A program made the position numbers and the translations under genes. From Ignicoccus pacificus DSM 13166 (lineage in GTDB: Archaea; Thermoproteota; Thermoprotei_A; Sulfolobales; Ignicoccaceae): a stretch of DNA of 32,000 nucleotides. The stretch is from assembly GCA_025340205.1 (NCBI GenBank), contig CP006868.1, positions 1 to 32,000 of the forward strand. The letters are read 5' to 3'. Every line of letters starts with the position of its first letter. Position 1 is the stretch's first letter. Under the pieces are notes generated by a model. It did no database searches and had not been told where the DNA came from. It worked only from the letters and a program-made list of their open reading frames with translations. Shown piece after piece: positions 1 through 7,693 of this stretch.

Positions 1-70
1 GCTCTATGAGCCTCCCAAGGTGATTCAGATTAGATACTCTTTAACTGTGGTAGCGTCCGCTAGAGGAAGG

Positions 71-78
71 TATATATT
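71..78 (+). promoter_or_regulatory. Putative TATA box for the AOR gene
   Basis: TATATATT lies about 35-40 nt upstream of the TTG start at 112. This matches the archaeal TATA-to-start spacing for short-leader transcripts. Confidence 0.4.
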
Positions 79-111
79 CACTTACCATGTCCATAATCCT
101 GGTAGATATAT

Positions 112-1977
112 TTGGTAGACTTTACTCTCCTTAGGATAAATCTAGATGAGCAGAAAGTCAGAGAAGAGAAAGTGGATGAGAAAACCTTGAGGAAATTTAT
201 CGGTGGAAGAGGTCTCGGCGTTTATCTAGCCCTTAAGGAGATACCTAAGGGGGCAGATCCCCTTGGCCCTGAAAACAAGCTCTACATTATGGCGGGACCC
301 GTAACCGGTACCGCTGAAGGATTCGAGGCGGGAAGAACTCACGTCATAGCGAAGAGTCCCTTGACTGGTCTTATTGGAGAAAGTAACATGGGAGGAAGGT
401 TTGCTCCTTGGATGAGGTTCTCTGGATATGAGGGCATAGTTCTGGAGGGTAAGAGTGAGGAACCCGTTTGGATAAGCGTCATTAACGGTGAGGTTAAGTT
501 CCATGACGCTAAGCCCATTTGGGGAAGAGGTACTCACTACGCAGAGTACTATATCAGGAAGACCTTGAAGGAAGGACCTAAGGACGGTGGAGTGCTAGCC
601 ATAGGTCCTGCTGGAGAGAATAAGGTCAAGCTCGCTGCATTGATCCATGCTGGAGCGAGGGCAGCTGGAAGGACCGGCATGGGTGCCGTCATGGGTTCGA
701 AGAACGTTAAAGCAATATTCGTAATGGGCGATCGTAAGCCAGAGATCGTTGATAAGGAGAGGTTCGAGAAGGGCGTAAAGCTTCTGAAGGACAAGATAAA
801 GACCCATCCAATTAGAAAGGCCTTGAATAGCTACGGTACAGCCGTCCTCGTAAATATAATCAATGAGATAGGAGCACTCCCTACTAAGAACTGGACTAAG
901 GGAACCTTCGAAAAGGCTGAGGCCATTAGCGGCGAACATATGGCGGAGAAGTACTTGGTGAAGACGAGAGGATGCTGGGGGTGCCAGATCGAGTGTGGTA
1001 GGTTGGTAAAGACCTACTCTCCAGAATGGGGAGTACCGGAGGGCTCTAAGGGACCCGAGTACGAGACCATATTCGCCATAGGCTCTAACTTGGAATTAGG
1101 TAACCTAGAAGCCATAATTAGGCTCAATCACGTCCTTAACGACATGGGTCTCGATACCATAGAGTTCGGAAACTCTGTTGCTGTGTTGATGGAACTCTAT
1201 GAGAGACTGAGTAAGGGTGAGATACCTCAAGATAAGGCAGAGGAACTCCAAAAGCTACTCGACGGACTTCGCCCCATCTGGGGAACCCCCAACCCAGTCT
1301 TGGAGCTCGCCTACAAGGTCGCTAGAAGAGATGGAATAGGGGAGATAATGGCCGAAGGTGCAAAGGCCTTAGCCGAGCACTTCGGCTGTGATTGCGTCGC
1401 CGAGGCTAGAGGAATGAGCCTACCAGCCTACGATCCTAGGGCGATAAAGGCAATGGCATTGGCCTACGCTACCTCCAACAGAGGAGGCTGTCACCTTAGG
1501 GCGTACGCGGTCAGCTTCGAGGTGCTAGGCGTACCCGTGAAGACCGATCCGCTAGAAGTCAGCGTCGAGAAAGCCAAGATGGTCAAAGAACAGCAAGACT
1601 TCTTCGCGTCAATCGATAGCATGATAGTGTGTAAGTTTAACACATTCATGACTCCAATGCCAGAGGACTACGTAGACCTACTTGCCGGAGTGACCGGATG
1701 GGACGTAACCGCGGAGGAGATAATGGAGATTGGCGAGAGGATATACAACGTTGAGAGGTTGTTCAACGTAAGAGAGGGAGATCCGGGCGATTACTTAAGC
1801 AGGAGACTGATCGAGGAAGCTCTACCAGACGGACCAGCTAAGGGAGAGACGGCCAAGAAGGCATTGGAGGTAATGCTGCCGGCATACTATGAGTTCAGAG
1901 GATGGAAGGATGGCGTGCCTACGGCGGAGACTCTGAAGAGACTAGGCTTACAAGAGTTCGAGTACATAATTCAGTGA
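112..1977 (+). CDS. aor: Tungsten-containing aldehyde:ferredoxin oxidoreductase family protein
   Basis: 621-aa ORF with a TTG start. The N-terminus (LLRINLDEQKV...GGRGLG) is typical of the AOR family. The Cys cluster CWGCQIEC plus the later Cys in CKFN fits the CxxCxxxC...C 4Fe-4S ligand pattern. EYETIFAIGSN and NDMGLDTIEFG resemble pterin-contact motifs. Confidence 0.9.
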   Translation: MVDFTLLRINLDEQKVREEKVDEKTLRKFIGGRGLGVYLALKEIPKGADPLGPENKLYIMAGPVTGTAEGFEAGRTHVIAKSPLTGLIGESNMGGRFAPWMRFSGYEGIVLEGKSEEPVWISVINGEVKFHDAKPIWGRGTHYAEYYIRKTLKEGPKDGGVLAIGPAGENKVKLAALIHAGARAAGRTGMGAVMGSKNVKAIFVMGDRKPEIVDKERFEKGVKLLKDKIKTHPIRKALNSYGTAVLVNIINEIGALPTKNWTKGTFEKAEAISGEHMAEKYLVKTRGCWGCQIECGRLVKTYSPEWGVPEGSKGPEYETIFAIGSNLELGNLEAIIRLNHVLNDMGLDTIEFGNSVAVLMELYERLSKGEIPQDKAEELQKLLDGLRPIWGTPNPVLELAYKVARRDGIGEIMAEGAKALAEHFGCDCVAEARGMSLPAYDPRAIKAMALAYATSNRGGCHLRAYAVSFEVLGVPVKTDPLEVSVEKAKMVKEQQDFFASIDSMIVCKFNTFMTPMPEDYVDLLAGVTGWDVTAEEIMEIGERIYNVERLFNVREGDPGDYLSRRLIEEALPDGPAKGETAKKALEVMLPAYYEFRGWKDGVPTAETLKRLGLQEFEYIIQ

Positions 1978-2141
1978 TATATCTCCAAATATATTCTGCT
2001 ACGTCTATATCTTTATCCCTTTCGAAGGGGACAAAGCTTTTGGAATGATAAGAAGTTTCAAATTTCTAAACAGGATATGTATGCCGAGCTGATGCCTAGG
2101 AATGTGGGTTAACTATGGAAGAGGGGAAGAAAAGAGGTTTG

Positions 2142-2627
2142 TTATGCGGAAGCCTCGGCCACGAAGCCCTTCTCCTCGAGCTTCCTGGCGGCCTCAGCTA
2201 GGTAGTGCAGTAGCTCGGCGGGGGTCTCGAACTCGTCCTTCTCGATGCGGTCTAGTAGCACCTCGATGGGTATGCCTCTCCAGTAAAGGCCCTTTAGCTT
2301 CTCCTTGAGCTCCTCCTTCTTGACGGGGAAGTCAGTGCCCTTTAGTCTCCTTAGTACCTCAGCGGCCCAGCTGATACCGACCCTTCCCTTTCCGGTGACC
2401 TCACCCTTCTGCTCTAGCTTCCTAGCGGCTTCGGCCAAGTAGTGGAGTACCTCGGCGGGAGTGTGGAACTCGTTGACCTCTATCTCGTCTAGTAGCTTCT
2501 CAATAGGTATTCCCTTCCAGTAGAGTCCTTGGAGCTTCTCCTTTAGCACGTCCTTAGTTACTGGGAAGTCGACACCCTTTAGTCTCCTCAATACCTCAGC
2601 TGCCCAACTAATTCCTCTATAGGGCAT
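2142..2627 (-). CDS. Protein with two tandem DUF2795-like domains
   Basis: 161 aa made of two ~80-aa repeats (GISWAAEVLRRLKG[VT]DFPV.K..LKEKL.GLYW.GIPIE.LLD.IE..EF.TPAE.LHYLAEAARKLE.KG). The core (KGVDFP..K..L......G........L......F.tPaev) matches the DUF2795 pattern as I remember it. TATA-like CTAATAAA sits on the minus strand at 2661-2668. Confidence 0.7.
   Translation of the reverse strand: MPYRGISWAAEVLRRLKGVDFPVTKDVLKEKLQGLYWKGIPIEKLLDEIEVNEFHTPAEVLHYLAEAARKLEQKGEVTGKGRVGISWAAEVLRRLKGTDFPVKKEELKEKLKGLYWRGIPIEVLLDRIEKDEFETPAELLHYLAEAARKLEEKGFVAEASA
2145..2627. repeat. Intragenic tandem duplication (2 x ~240 nt)
   Basis: Units 2385-2627 and 2145-2384 encode near-identical 80-aa halves, about 75 percent identical by eye at both protein and nucleotide level. 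Confidence 0.85.
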
Positions 2628-2716
2628 CCGCTCTCACCGTTACTGAATAGTCTGCGAAGCTTTATTAGTTAGAGGGGAATGGTAACACCTAGCATAAACG
2701 TACAAATTTATGGTCG

Positions 2717-3700
2717 TTAACGAGCAATACCTGGTTTGAGATTTTCGATGCTATAGAGACTTCTATAATCGATTGGACGGAACTCGTCAACTACCTTCTG
2801 TATGACCTCCTCAACCGGTTCTTTTCTCATCGCATGAAGGACGAAATAGACGGGGTAAGGCCACTCGGGAGGAACCTCCCTTGCGACTACGTGGGACGCC
2901 TCCCAAACGTTCTCCGCTATCTTCTTGCAGACTTCGATATCGTTATCCACGTTCATCACAACCATTACATTATATTTGAAGCCTACCTTATCACCATCGA
3001 TACTGGCACCTGGGTTTCTCAATATGTTATGTTCTAACATAAGTTTTACTTTATCTAGGAGTTCTCCTTCACTCATATTGAACTTCTCAGCTATTTCCTT
3101 ATACGGTCTCGATACAACCTTGAGTCTTGAGACTGCCTTAGGTAATTCCTTCGGTAGACCTAGCTCCTCCGGTCTTGGCACCCTATCCCTTTGAGGTGCT
3201 GGTGGACTCCATGCTATTCCTCTAATTAGATCATATTTAACGCTCACCTTACATACCTTCTTACTTGGTAGGATAATGTACTTAGTAAAGCCCAAAGGCT
3301 CAAGGATGTCCTTTACGTCGTTCTTTAGATCTTCGAGGGTCTTGGCCTTTATGGTAAACCAGACTTGATAGTCTGGATCGTCTCTCAAGTAGTTATGCGT
3401 GACTTCAGGATTCTTTAGTAATACGTTCTTCAACTTCTCTACCTCATCTCTAGAGGTTGCCCTAACGCCTACTAGCGCGGCAACCTTCCCTTGAGACTTA
3501 TAGTTGACAGTAAACCCTATTCTCTTAATAATCCTTTGTTCTAGGAGTTCTCTCGTCCTTTGAAGAACCTTGTTCTCACTCACGTCCAACCTCTCTGCTA
3601 TGTCCTTAAATGGCGTGAGCGTTAATGGAAAGTTATATTGAAGCTCGTTAAGTAGATGTGCATCGAATTCTGTTAGCACTTCAAGCACCGTCGCTCTCAC
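2717..3700 (-). CDS. ahbAB: Fused siroheme decarboxylase AhbA/AhbB (NirDL-like, two Lrp/AsnC-type halves)
   Basis: First half: LNELQYNFPL..PF..IAERL......VL.R...L....IIKRIG... and the signature VTHNYLRDDPDYQVWFT. The second half repeats the architecture (SRPYKEIAEKF...ILRNPGA...SHVVAREVPPEWPYPVYFVLH). The ATG at 3838 would overlap rps26e and its promoter. GTG at 3700 (alternatives 3688 and 3679) lies about 40 nt downstream of a minus-strand TATA (TTATTATC, 3737-3744). Confidence 0.8.
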   Translation of the reverse strand: MRATVLEVLTEFDAHLLNELQYNFPLTLTPFKDIAERLDVSENKVLQRTRELLEQRIIKRIGFTVNYKSQGKVAALVGVRATSRDEVEKLKNVLLKNPEVTHNYLRDDPDYQVWFTIKAKTLEDLKNDVKDILEPLGFTKYIILPSKKVCKVSVKYDLIRGIAWSPPAPQRDRVPRPEELGLPKELPKAVSRLKVVSRPYKEIAEKFNMSEGELLDKVKLMLEHNILRNPGASIDGDKVGFKYNVMVVMNVDNDIEVCKKIAENVWEASHVVAREVPPEWPYPVYFVLHAMRKEPVEEVIQKVVDEFRPIDYRSLYSIENLKPGIAR

Positions 3701-3734
3701 AAACGAACATCTAAATCTCCAGCAGTTAGGTCGT

Positions 3735-3775
3735 AAGATAATAAGGGAGTGAATACTACTTGAATCTTTAAATCC
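3735..3775. promoter_or_regulatory. Divergent promoter region (ahbAB on minus, rps26e on plus)
   Basis: TTTAAAT at 3767-3773 lies about 36 nt upstream of the rps26e ATG (3806). TTATTATC on the minus strand (3737-3744) lies about 40 nt upstream of GTG 3700. Confidence 0.5.
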
Positions 3776-3805
3776 CCTCGCAAAGGCGGAGCTTACGGTG
3801 CTAGG

Positions 3806-4090
3806 ATGCCCAAGAAGAGGGAGAACAGAGGTAGGCACAAGGGTGACAAGGGAAAGACCGGGACTGTACAGTGTGATAACTGTGGAAGGATAGTACCCGC
3901 CGACAAGGCCATCTGTGTGACCAGATGGTATAGCCCCGTAGATCCCCAGTTGGCAAGGGAATTAGAGAAGAAGGGTGCGATTATCCCAAGGTATAAGATA
4001 ACTAAGTGCTATTGCGTAAGCTGTGCCGTGCACTATGGAATAGTTAAGGTAAGGCCGAGCGAAGAGAGGAAGAGAAGGGGAATATATTAA
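3806..4090 (+). CDS. rps26e: 30S ribosomal protein S26e
   Basis: MPKKRENRGRHKG...VQCDNCGRIVPADKAI...CYCVSCAVHYGIVKVR follows the eukaryotic/crenarchaeal S26e pattern (KKRRNNGR..KGRGHV..IRC.NC.RCVPKDKAI...YCVSCAIH). Confidence 0.92.
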   Translation: MPKKRENRGRHKGDKGKTGTVQCDNCGRIVPADKAICVTRWYSPVDPQLARELEKKGAIIPRYKITKCYCVSCAVHYGIVKVRPSEERKRRGIY

Positions 4091-4663
4091 TTGAGAATCT
4101 TCGTTACCCAATCTAAGACAGCAACCACGACTCCATATTTCCCTAAGAAAGGGATAGCTTCCCATACCGGTCGTTTAGACGTCATAGCTAGAATGCTAAG
4201 AGCTGCCCTATGGAACGCTCAGGGTTTGAGGAAGGACAGCGTTTTCGTCGCAGTATTGGAGGGACCCCCCAACGCCCCTCTGTCCCTGACCTTCAAGGGC
4301 AAGGAGCTGGAATGTTATCTTCTAAATGAGTTTGAGAGCGTTGAGTGTATCAGAAGGTGTATGAAAGGTGAGCTGAAGGGTTGTAAAGTCGAGCGTAAGG
4401 ACTTGGGAGAAGTCCTTAGGAGCATAGGAGTCCCCATAGTACTTCTTTCTGAAGATGGTAAAGATATAGATGAAGTGAAAATTCCGAAAAGCTTCGCCGT
4501 GGTTTTGGGATCTCAACACGACGTTGAGCTACCGAGCGATATAGAAATATCTCTAAAGGTTAGCGTGGGACCGAGGAGCTACCTCGCTTCCCATTGCATT
4601 TCGTTTTTGCACTACAAGCTAGATGCTACCATGGGCTCTGAACCCAGACAACGTCTAAGCTAA
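4091..4663 (+). CDS. trmY: tRNA (pseudouridine54-N1)-methyltransferase TrmY (SPOUT, DUF358)
   Basis: The TTG start abuts the rps26e stop. GRLDVIARMLRAALWNAQGLRKDSVFVAVLEGPPNAPLSLTFKG and the C-terminal knot segment ISLKVSVGPRSYLASHCISFLHYKLD parallel the TrmY family (GRLDLLCRC...FLSH.IRRDV.FY.VL.G.PNPP..I.F.G ... ISLSP..LHANHCI). The comparison is from memory of M. jannaschii TrmY. Confidence 0.8.
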   Translation: MRIFVTQSKTATTTPYFPKKGIASHTGRLDVIARMLRAALWNAQGLRKDSVFVAVLEGPPNAPLSLTFKGKELECYLLNEFESVECIRRCMKGELKGCKVERKDLGEVLRSIGVPIVLLSEDGKDIDEVKIPKSFAVVLGSQHDVELPSDIEISLKVSVGPRSYLASHCISFLHYKLDATMGSEPRQRLS

Positions 4664-5885
4664 CGCACCTAGCTTCCTTCCCTAAGAAGGAGCTGAAGGA
4701 AGGTTCCGTTCTTCCTTCATCACCACTTATCAATTCCTTTATGTATAATCCGCCTTGACATTTTATGAGTGCTAGGAAACTCTTTTCGTTTAACCTCTTC
4801 GTCTTAACCCAGTGTAGCTTCTTCTCTCTAATTAGATCTTTTCTCCTGTGTGCCACTCTCCTAGGAGTCCTCTGTGAGATTATGATTTCTTTAAATTGAT
4901 CTTCCAAGGCTTCAAGTTCGTCCTCGCTAATCCCTTCAGGAACATAGACTACGGCGAGATATACCTTATCCTTTAGGGAATCGAAGTTTTTGAGTCTGCT
5001 AACGTAGCTCCTATCAATAAACCCTTGAAACTTTAGGTGAACCAACCCATCCCAATATTCTCTGCCTTCTGTCTTTACGAACCTCTTCTTGGGACGTTTT
5101 ATCTCGGCGATGAACGGTCGTCCGGAACCTAACGCTCTTACGTCCACGTCCTCTCTTCCGGCAGCATGGAGAACGACCTCTCCTCCGAAATCTTTCAATG
5201 CCTCTTTCAAGGCTCCCTCAACGGAATGGGGATACTTCCAAACGCTCTGAGAGGTTCTCCTACCCACCTTCTTATATTTTCCATAGATGAAGACGGGTTT
5301 TATCTGAAGATGTACTATATCCTTTGACATATCAATAATTGCAATTATATCCGGATCCTCGAAGTCAGGCTCCTTAGATAGGAGATCCCTCACCTTTTTT
5401 CCTACTTCTCTTTTTAATGAATTCTTCACGCTTTCGCTAAATGGTAAACGGAAATTCGCTATGATTTCTCTTTGTTTGAGCTCCATGTCTCCACAATCGG
5501 TGCATCCTACCAGGAACGAGTTGAATTCGTATTCCCTTAAGATCCTCACTATCTTGTCGCTCCAATATTCTACTAACTTCTCCCACTCGTTTCCACAAAT
5601 ATAGCATTTCTTTTCAATGAGATCTAGGCCTAGCTCCTTCGCTATTTTGATTGTTTCCTCATGGGGTAAGTTGGATAGAATTCTCTCAGCTTCCTCCTTG
5701 CTGAGCTCTCCTACCCTCCTAAGTCTATCGATTTCCATTATAATGCTTCTTCTTAAGGCCTCACCGCGGGCCCTGTTTCCAAGACCCTTTCCGAGCCTGG
5801 CAAAGAGTGATCCCAAACAATTATCACAGAGGGGATACTCCTTCACAACTTCCATGGCCTTCGACAAAACGTTGTTGAACTCCAT
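4626..5885 (-). CDS. pus10: tRNA pseudouridine(54/55) synthase Pus10
   Basis: 419 aa. N-terminal Zn-ribbon-like LCDNCLGSLFARLG plus CYICGN, a central THUMP-like region, and a C-terminal catalytic region (HAAGREDVDVRALGSGRPF..E...PKKR, ending LYIKELISGDEGRTEPS). These are typical of archaeal Pus10. Confidence 0.88.
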   Translation of the reverse strand: MEFNNVLSKAMEVVKEYPLCDNCLGSLFARLGKGLGNRARGEALRRSIIMEIDRLRRVGELSKEEAERILSNLPHEETIKIAKELGLDLIEKKCYICGNEWEKLVEYWSDKIVRILREYEFNSFLVGCTDCGDMELKQREIIANFRLPFSESVKNSLKREVGKKVRDLLSKEPDFEDPDIIAIIDMSKDIVHLQIKPVFIYGKYKKVGRRTSQSVWKYPHSVEGALKEALKDFGGEVVLHAAGREDVDVRALGSGRPFIAEIKRPKKRFVKTEGREYWDGLVHLKFQGFIDRSYVSRLKNFDSLKDKVYLAVVYVPEGISEDELEALEDQFKEIIISQRTPRRVAHRRKDLIREKKLHWVKTKRLNEKSFLALIKCQGGLYIKELISGDEGRTEPSFSSFLGKEARCVSLDVVWVQSPW

Positions 5886-5903
5886 TCCTATCCCAGAGAG
5901 GGC

Positions 5904-6338
5904 TCAAGAAGTAGTGAATAAATCGAGATCCTTTAGCGCCCTATCCAATTCTATGTTTAAGATAGCCACTCTTTGATCGATTTCGTAGATATCGAGTCCC
6001 TCGCAGCCTAGAGGATCTATCAAGTATCCCAGTTTACTTCCCCCGAGTTCACCACAAAACTTCGTGAAGGGGGGTTCCTCCGGACACTTCTCTTGAAGAG
6101 TTACACCCCTGAGCCTCTTCCCTCGCTTTAACGCTCTGAACATGCCAATTAAGCTCTCCGAATCTGGATACACCCTTCGTGCATTCCATCCCTCGATTAT
6201 TACCACGCCATATTCTTTTACGTTGACTACTACCTTTGTATCCTTCCTTATGGCATTTGAAAGGAAGAGGGCTGAGTTTATTGTGAGAGCGGCTATGGGA
6301 GGATCCAAGGGCTCACAAACCCTTATCTCCCTCTGCAC
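5904..6338 (-). CDS. Hypothetical protein, truncated TrmY/DUF358-like paralog (possible)
   Basis: 144 aa. SALFLSNAIRKDTKVVV aligns with AALWNAQGLRKDSVFVA of the in-window TrmY (6 identical and about 7 similar of 17). ARRVYPDSESLIGMFRALKRG resembles the following TrmY segment. It lacks the C-terminal knot/SAM motif. It lies 18 nt upstream of pus10 and overlaps the upstream ORF by 16 nt. Confidence 0.45.
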   Translation of the reverse strand: MQREIRVCEPLDPPIAALTINSALFLSNAIRKDTKVVVNVKEYGVVIIEGWNARRVYPDSESLIGMFRALKRGKRLRGVTLQEKCPEEPPFTKFCGELGGSKLGYLIDPLGCEGLDIYEIDQRVAILNIELDRALKDLDLFTTS

Positions 6339-6883
6339 CTCTTCAGCTCCTCCCTGAGTTCAGTCAAAACCTTTGAAATAAATTGTGCCATATGTGTATG
6401 TGCTTGGATGACGTCTTGAGTTACGTCGACATTGTTATGGGAAGCATACACCAGTATCTGGGGTACGAAAGCCAGCGAATTGAGCAATACGCCGTTTTCC
6501 AGTTCGTCTAAATAGGGTATCTTTAGTGCTTCATGTGCTAGGTACTTTAGGGCCTCCTCACTACCCTTTTCCTTACAGATTCTTTCTACTCTTTTCATTA
6601 TTTCATTAGTAAACTTAGCGGCATCATCTTGACAGTTTATGGTGAAAGGTCCCATGTTTATACTACTTGGCGCCCTTGAGATACTTCCTTTGATCATGGG
6701 GATGAGTTCGTCGCATTTTGGTGGACCTGCATGGCCCAGTAGTAGTGCCACGCCAGCTGCTGGATAGAGAGGCATTCGCACGCATATGTCTTGGAGTATC
6801 CTATCACCGTACTTCGTTCTGAGGGCTTCAATTATCAGAAGGGTCATGTCACCTAGAAGGTTTGAGGCCTCTTCAACCTTCAT
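6323..6883 (-). CDS. Hypothetical protein (186 aa)
   Basis: Long ORF with the same codon usage as its neighbours. A minus-strand TATA (CTAATATAC, plus coordinates ~6916-6924) lies about 35 nt upstream of ATG 6883. No family recognised. Confidence 0.6.
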   Translation of the reverse strand: MKVEEASNLLGDMTLLIIEALRTKYGDRILQDICVRMPLYPAAGVALLLGHAGPPKCDELIPMIKGSISRAPSSINMGPFTINCQDDAAKFTNEIMKRVERICKEKGSEEALKYLAHEALKIPYLDELENGVLLNSLAFVPQILVYASHNNVDVTQDVIQAHTHMAQFISKVLTELREELKRCRGR

Positions 6884-6925
6884 TTCTCACATACCAATCT
6901 TCGAGATCATGATGGGTATATTAGT

Positions 6926-6992
6926 CACACCTCAGCCTTTGGGTTCTCGGCCATCCCTTGGGTTAACCAGACCCACTGGTCATCATCGGTAG
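6926..6992 (-). ncRNA. Candidate C/D box sRNA (weak)
   Basis: Minus strand reads UACCG-AUGAUGA-CCAGUGGGUCUGGUUAACCCAAGGGAUGGCCGAGAACCCAAAGG-CUGA-GGUG. The C box is perfect (6986-6980), the D box CUGA is at 6935-6932, and a 4-bp terminal stem UACC/GGUG is possible. The internal D'/C' boxes are only degenerate (CUGG, GGAUGG). It sits between a stop codon (6997) and the next TATA. Confidence 0.3.
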
Positions 6993-6996
6993 CGGG

Positions 6997-7563
6997 TTAC
7001 CTTAATGCCCTGATCTTCTTGACGGTTACCACGAGTATTGAGTCCTCTATCATTGCCTCCACCTTCACACGTTCATTGCCTCTACCGTGTTCCCTCAGAC
7101 CTTTTCTTACTATAGCCGCAATGAGCAACGCTTCGGGACTCAGAGTAAATGACGTTATCCCTCTCTGCTTGAGCATGCTGTGCGTTGGTTTGAAGACACT
7201 ATCCTTTATAACAAACTTCCAAGTGTTTTCATCGGGTTGTTCTAGAGTTACATCCTTAGCTATTCCAAGTTCTTGAAATGCATCTAGGACAGATTTCAAG
7301 GGATCTTCATGGTCTTTAGTATTTAGTATTTTGTCGACATACTCTAGAAGACTGTCTCCGAGTTCTGAAATGAGCATTTGGCTCATTGCATTCGCTGCAG
7401 CACCTAATGTTCTGTACAACGCTATCTGATATGCCGTAATTATGCCGTTCACGAGTGCTGAATTGATACACTTCCCGCGGACGCTTTCGAGGACCTCCTC
7501 ACGTGCCTTGGCAACGCTCTCCCTAGACTTCAAGTTACCAGTTTCGCGGCGCTCCGTCATCAT
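6997..7563 (-). CDS. Hypothetical protein, possibly a V4R-type ligand-binding domain
   Basis: 188 aa. The layout (helical LG..A....SELGDSLLEYV, then ELGIAKDVTLEQPDENTWKFVIKDSVF, then a hydrophobic C-terminal helix) recalls V4R/COG1719 proteins but lacks their conserved Cys. Minus-strand TATA TATTAA lies at plus coordinates ~7599-7606. Confidence 0.55.
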   Translation of the reverse strand: MMTERRETGNLKSRESVAKAREEVLESVRGKCINSALVNGIITAYQIALYRTLGAAANAMSQMLISELGDSLLEYVDKILNTKDHEDPLKSVLDAFQELGIAKDVTLEQPDENTWKFVIKDSVFKPTHSMLKQRGITSFTLSPEALLIAAIVRKGLREHGRGNERVKVEAMIEDSILVVTVKKIRALR

Positions 7564-7693
7564 TGCGTAAACCCGGTTGAAAGTAAGTTAGAATAGGGGT
7601 TAATACTCTAGCATCTAACATTGACTCACTTTAGGGTTCGGTAGGGTAACCGCCTCCTCATCGAGACTCGGGCACCCCGAAAATTCCTCATTC

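Noticed and set aside
225-940. Minus-strand ORFs of 81-114 aa inside the aor gene, with similar antisense or out-of-frame ORFs inside rpoB, hemB, atpB and others
   Set aside because: All are nested in strongly supported genes, have unusual amino-acid composition (Ser/Pro/Leu-rich) and lack start signals. They are typical shadow ORFs.
2044-2092. C/D-box-like pair AUGAUAA ... CUGA on the plus strand between the aor and DUF2795 genes
   Set aside because: The C box is imperfect. There are no plausible D'/C' boxes and no terminal stem. The putative guides are very AT-rich, which is unlikely for a hyperthermophile guide duplex.
2102-2308. 68-aa plus-strand ORF rich in Arg/Pro/Ser (…RKPRPRSPSPRASWRPQ…)
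   Set aside because: It lies antisense to the well-supported DUF2795-repeat gene. Its composition is the mirror image of GAG/AAG/CTC-rich codons, and it has no start context.
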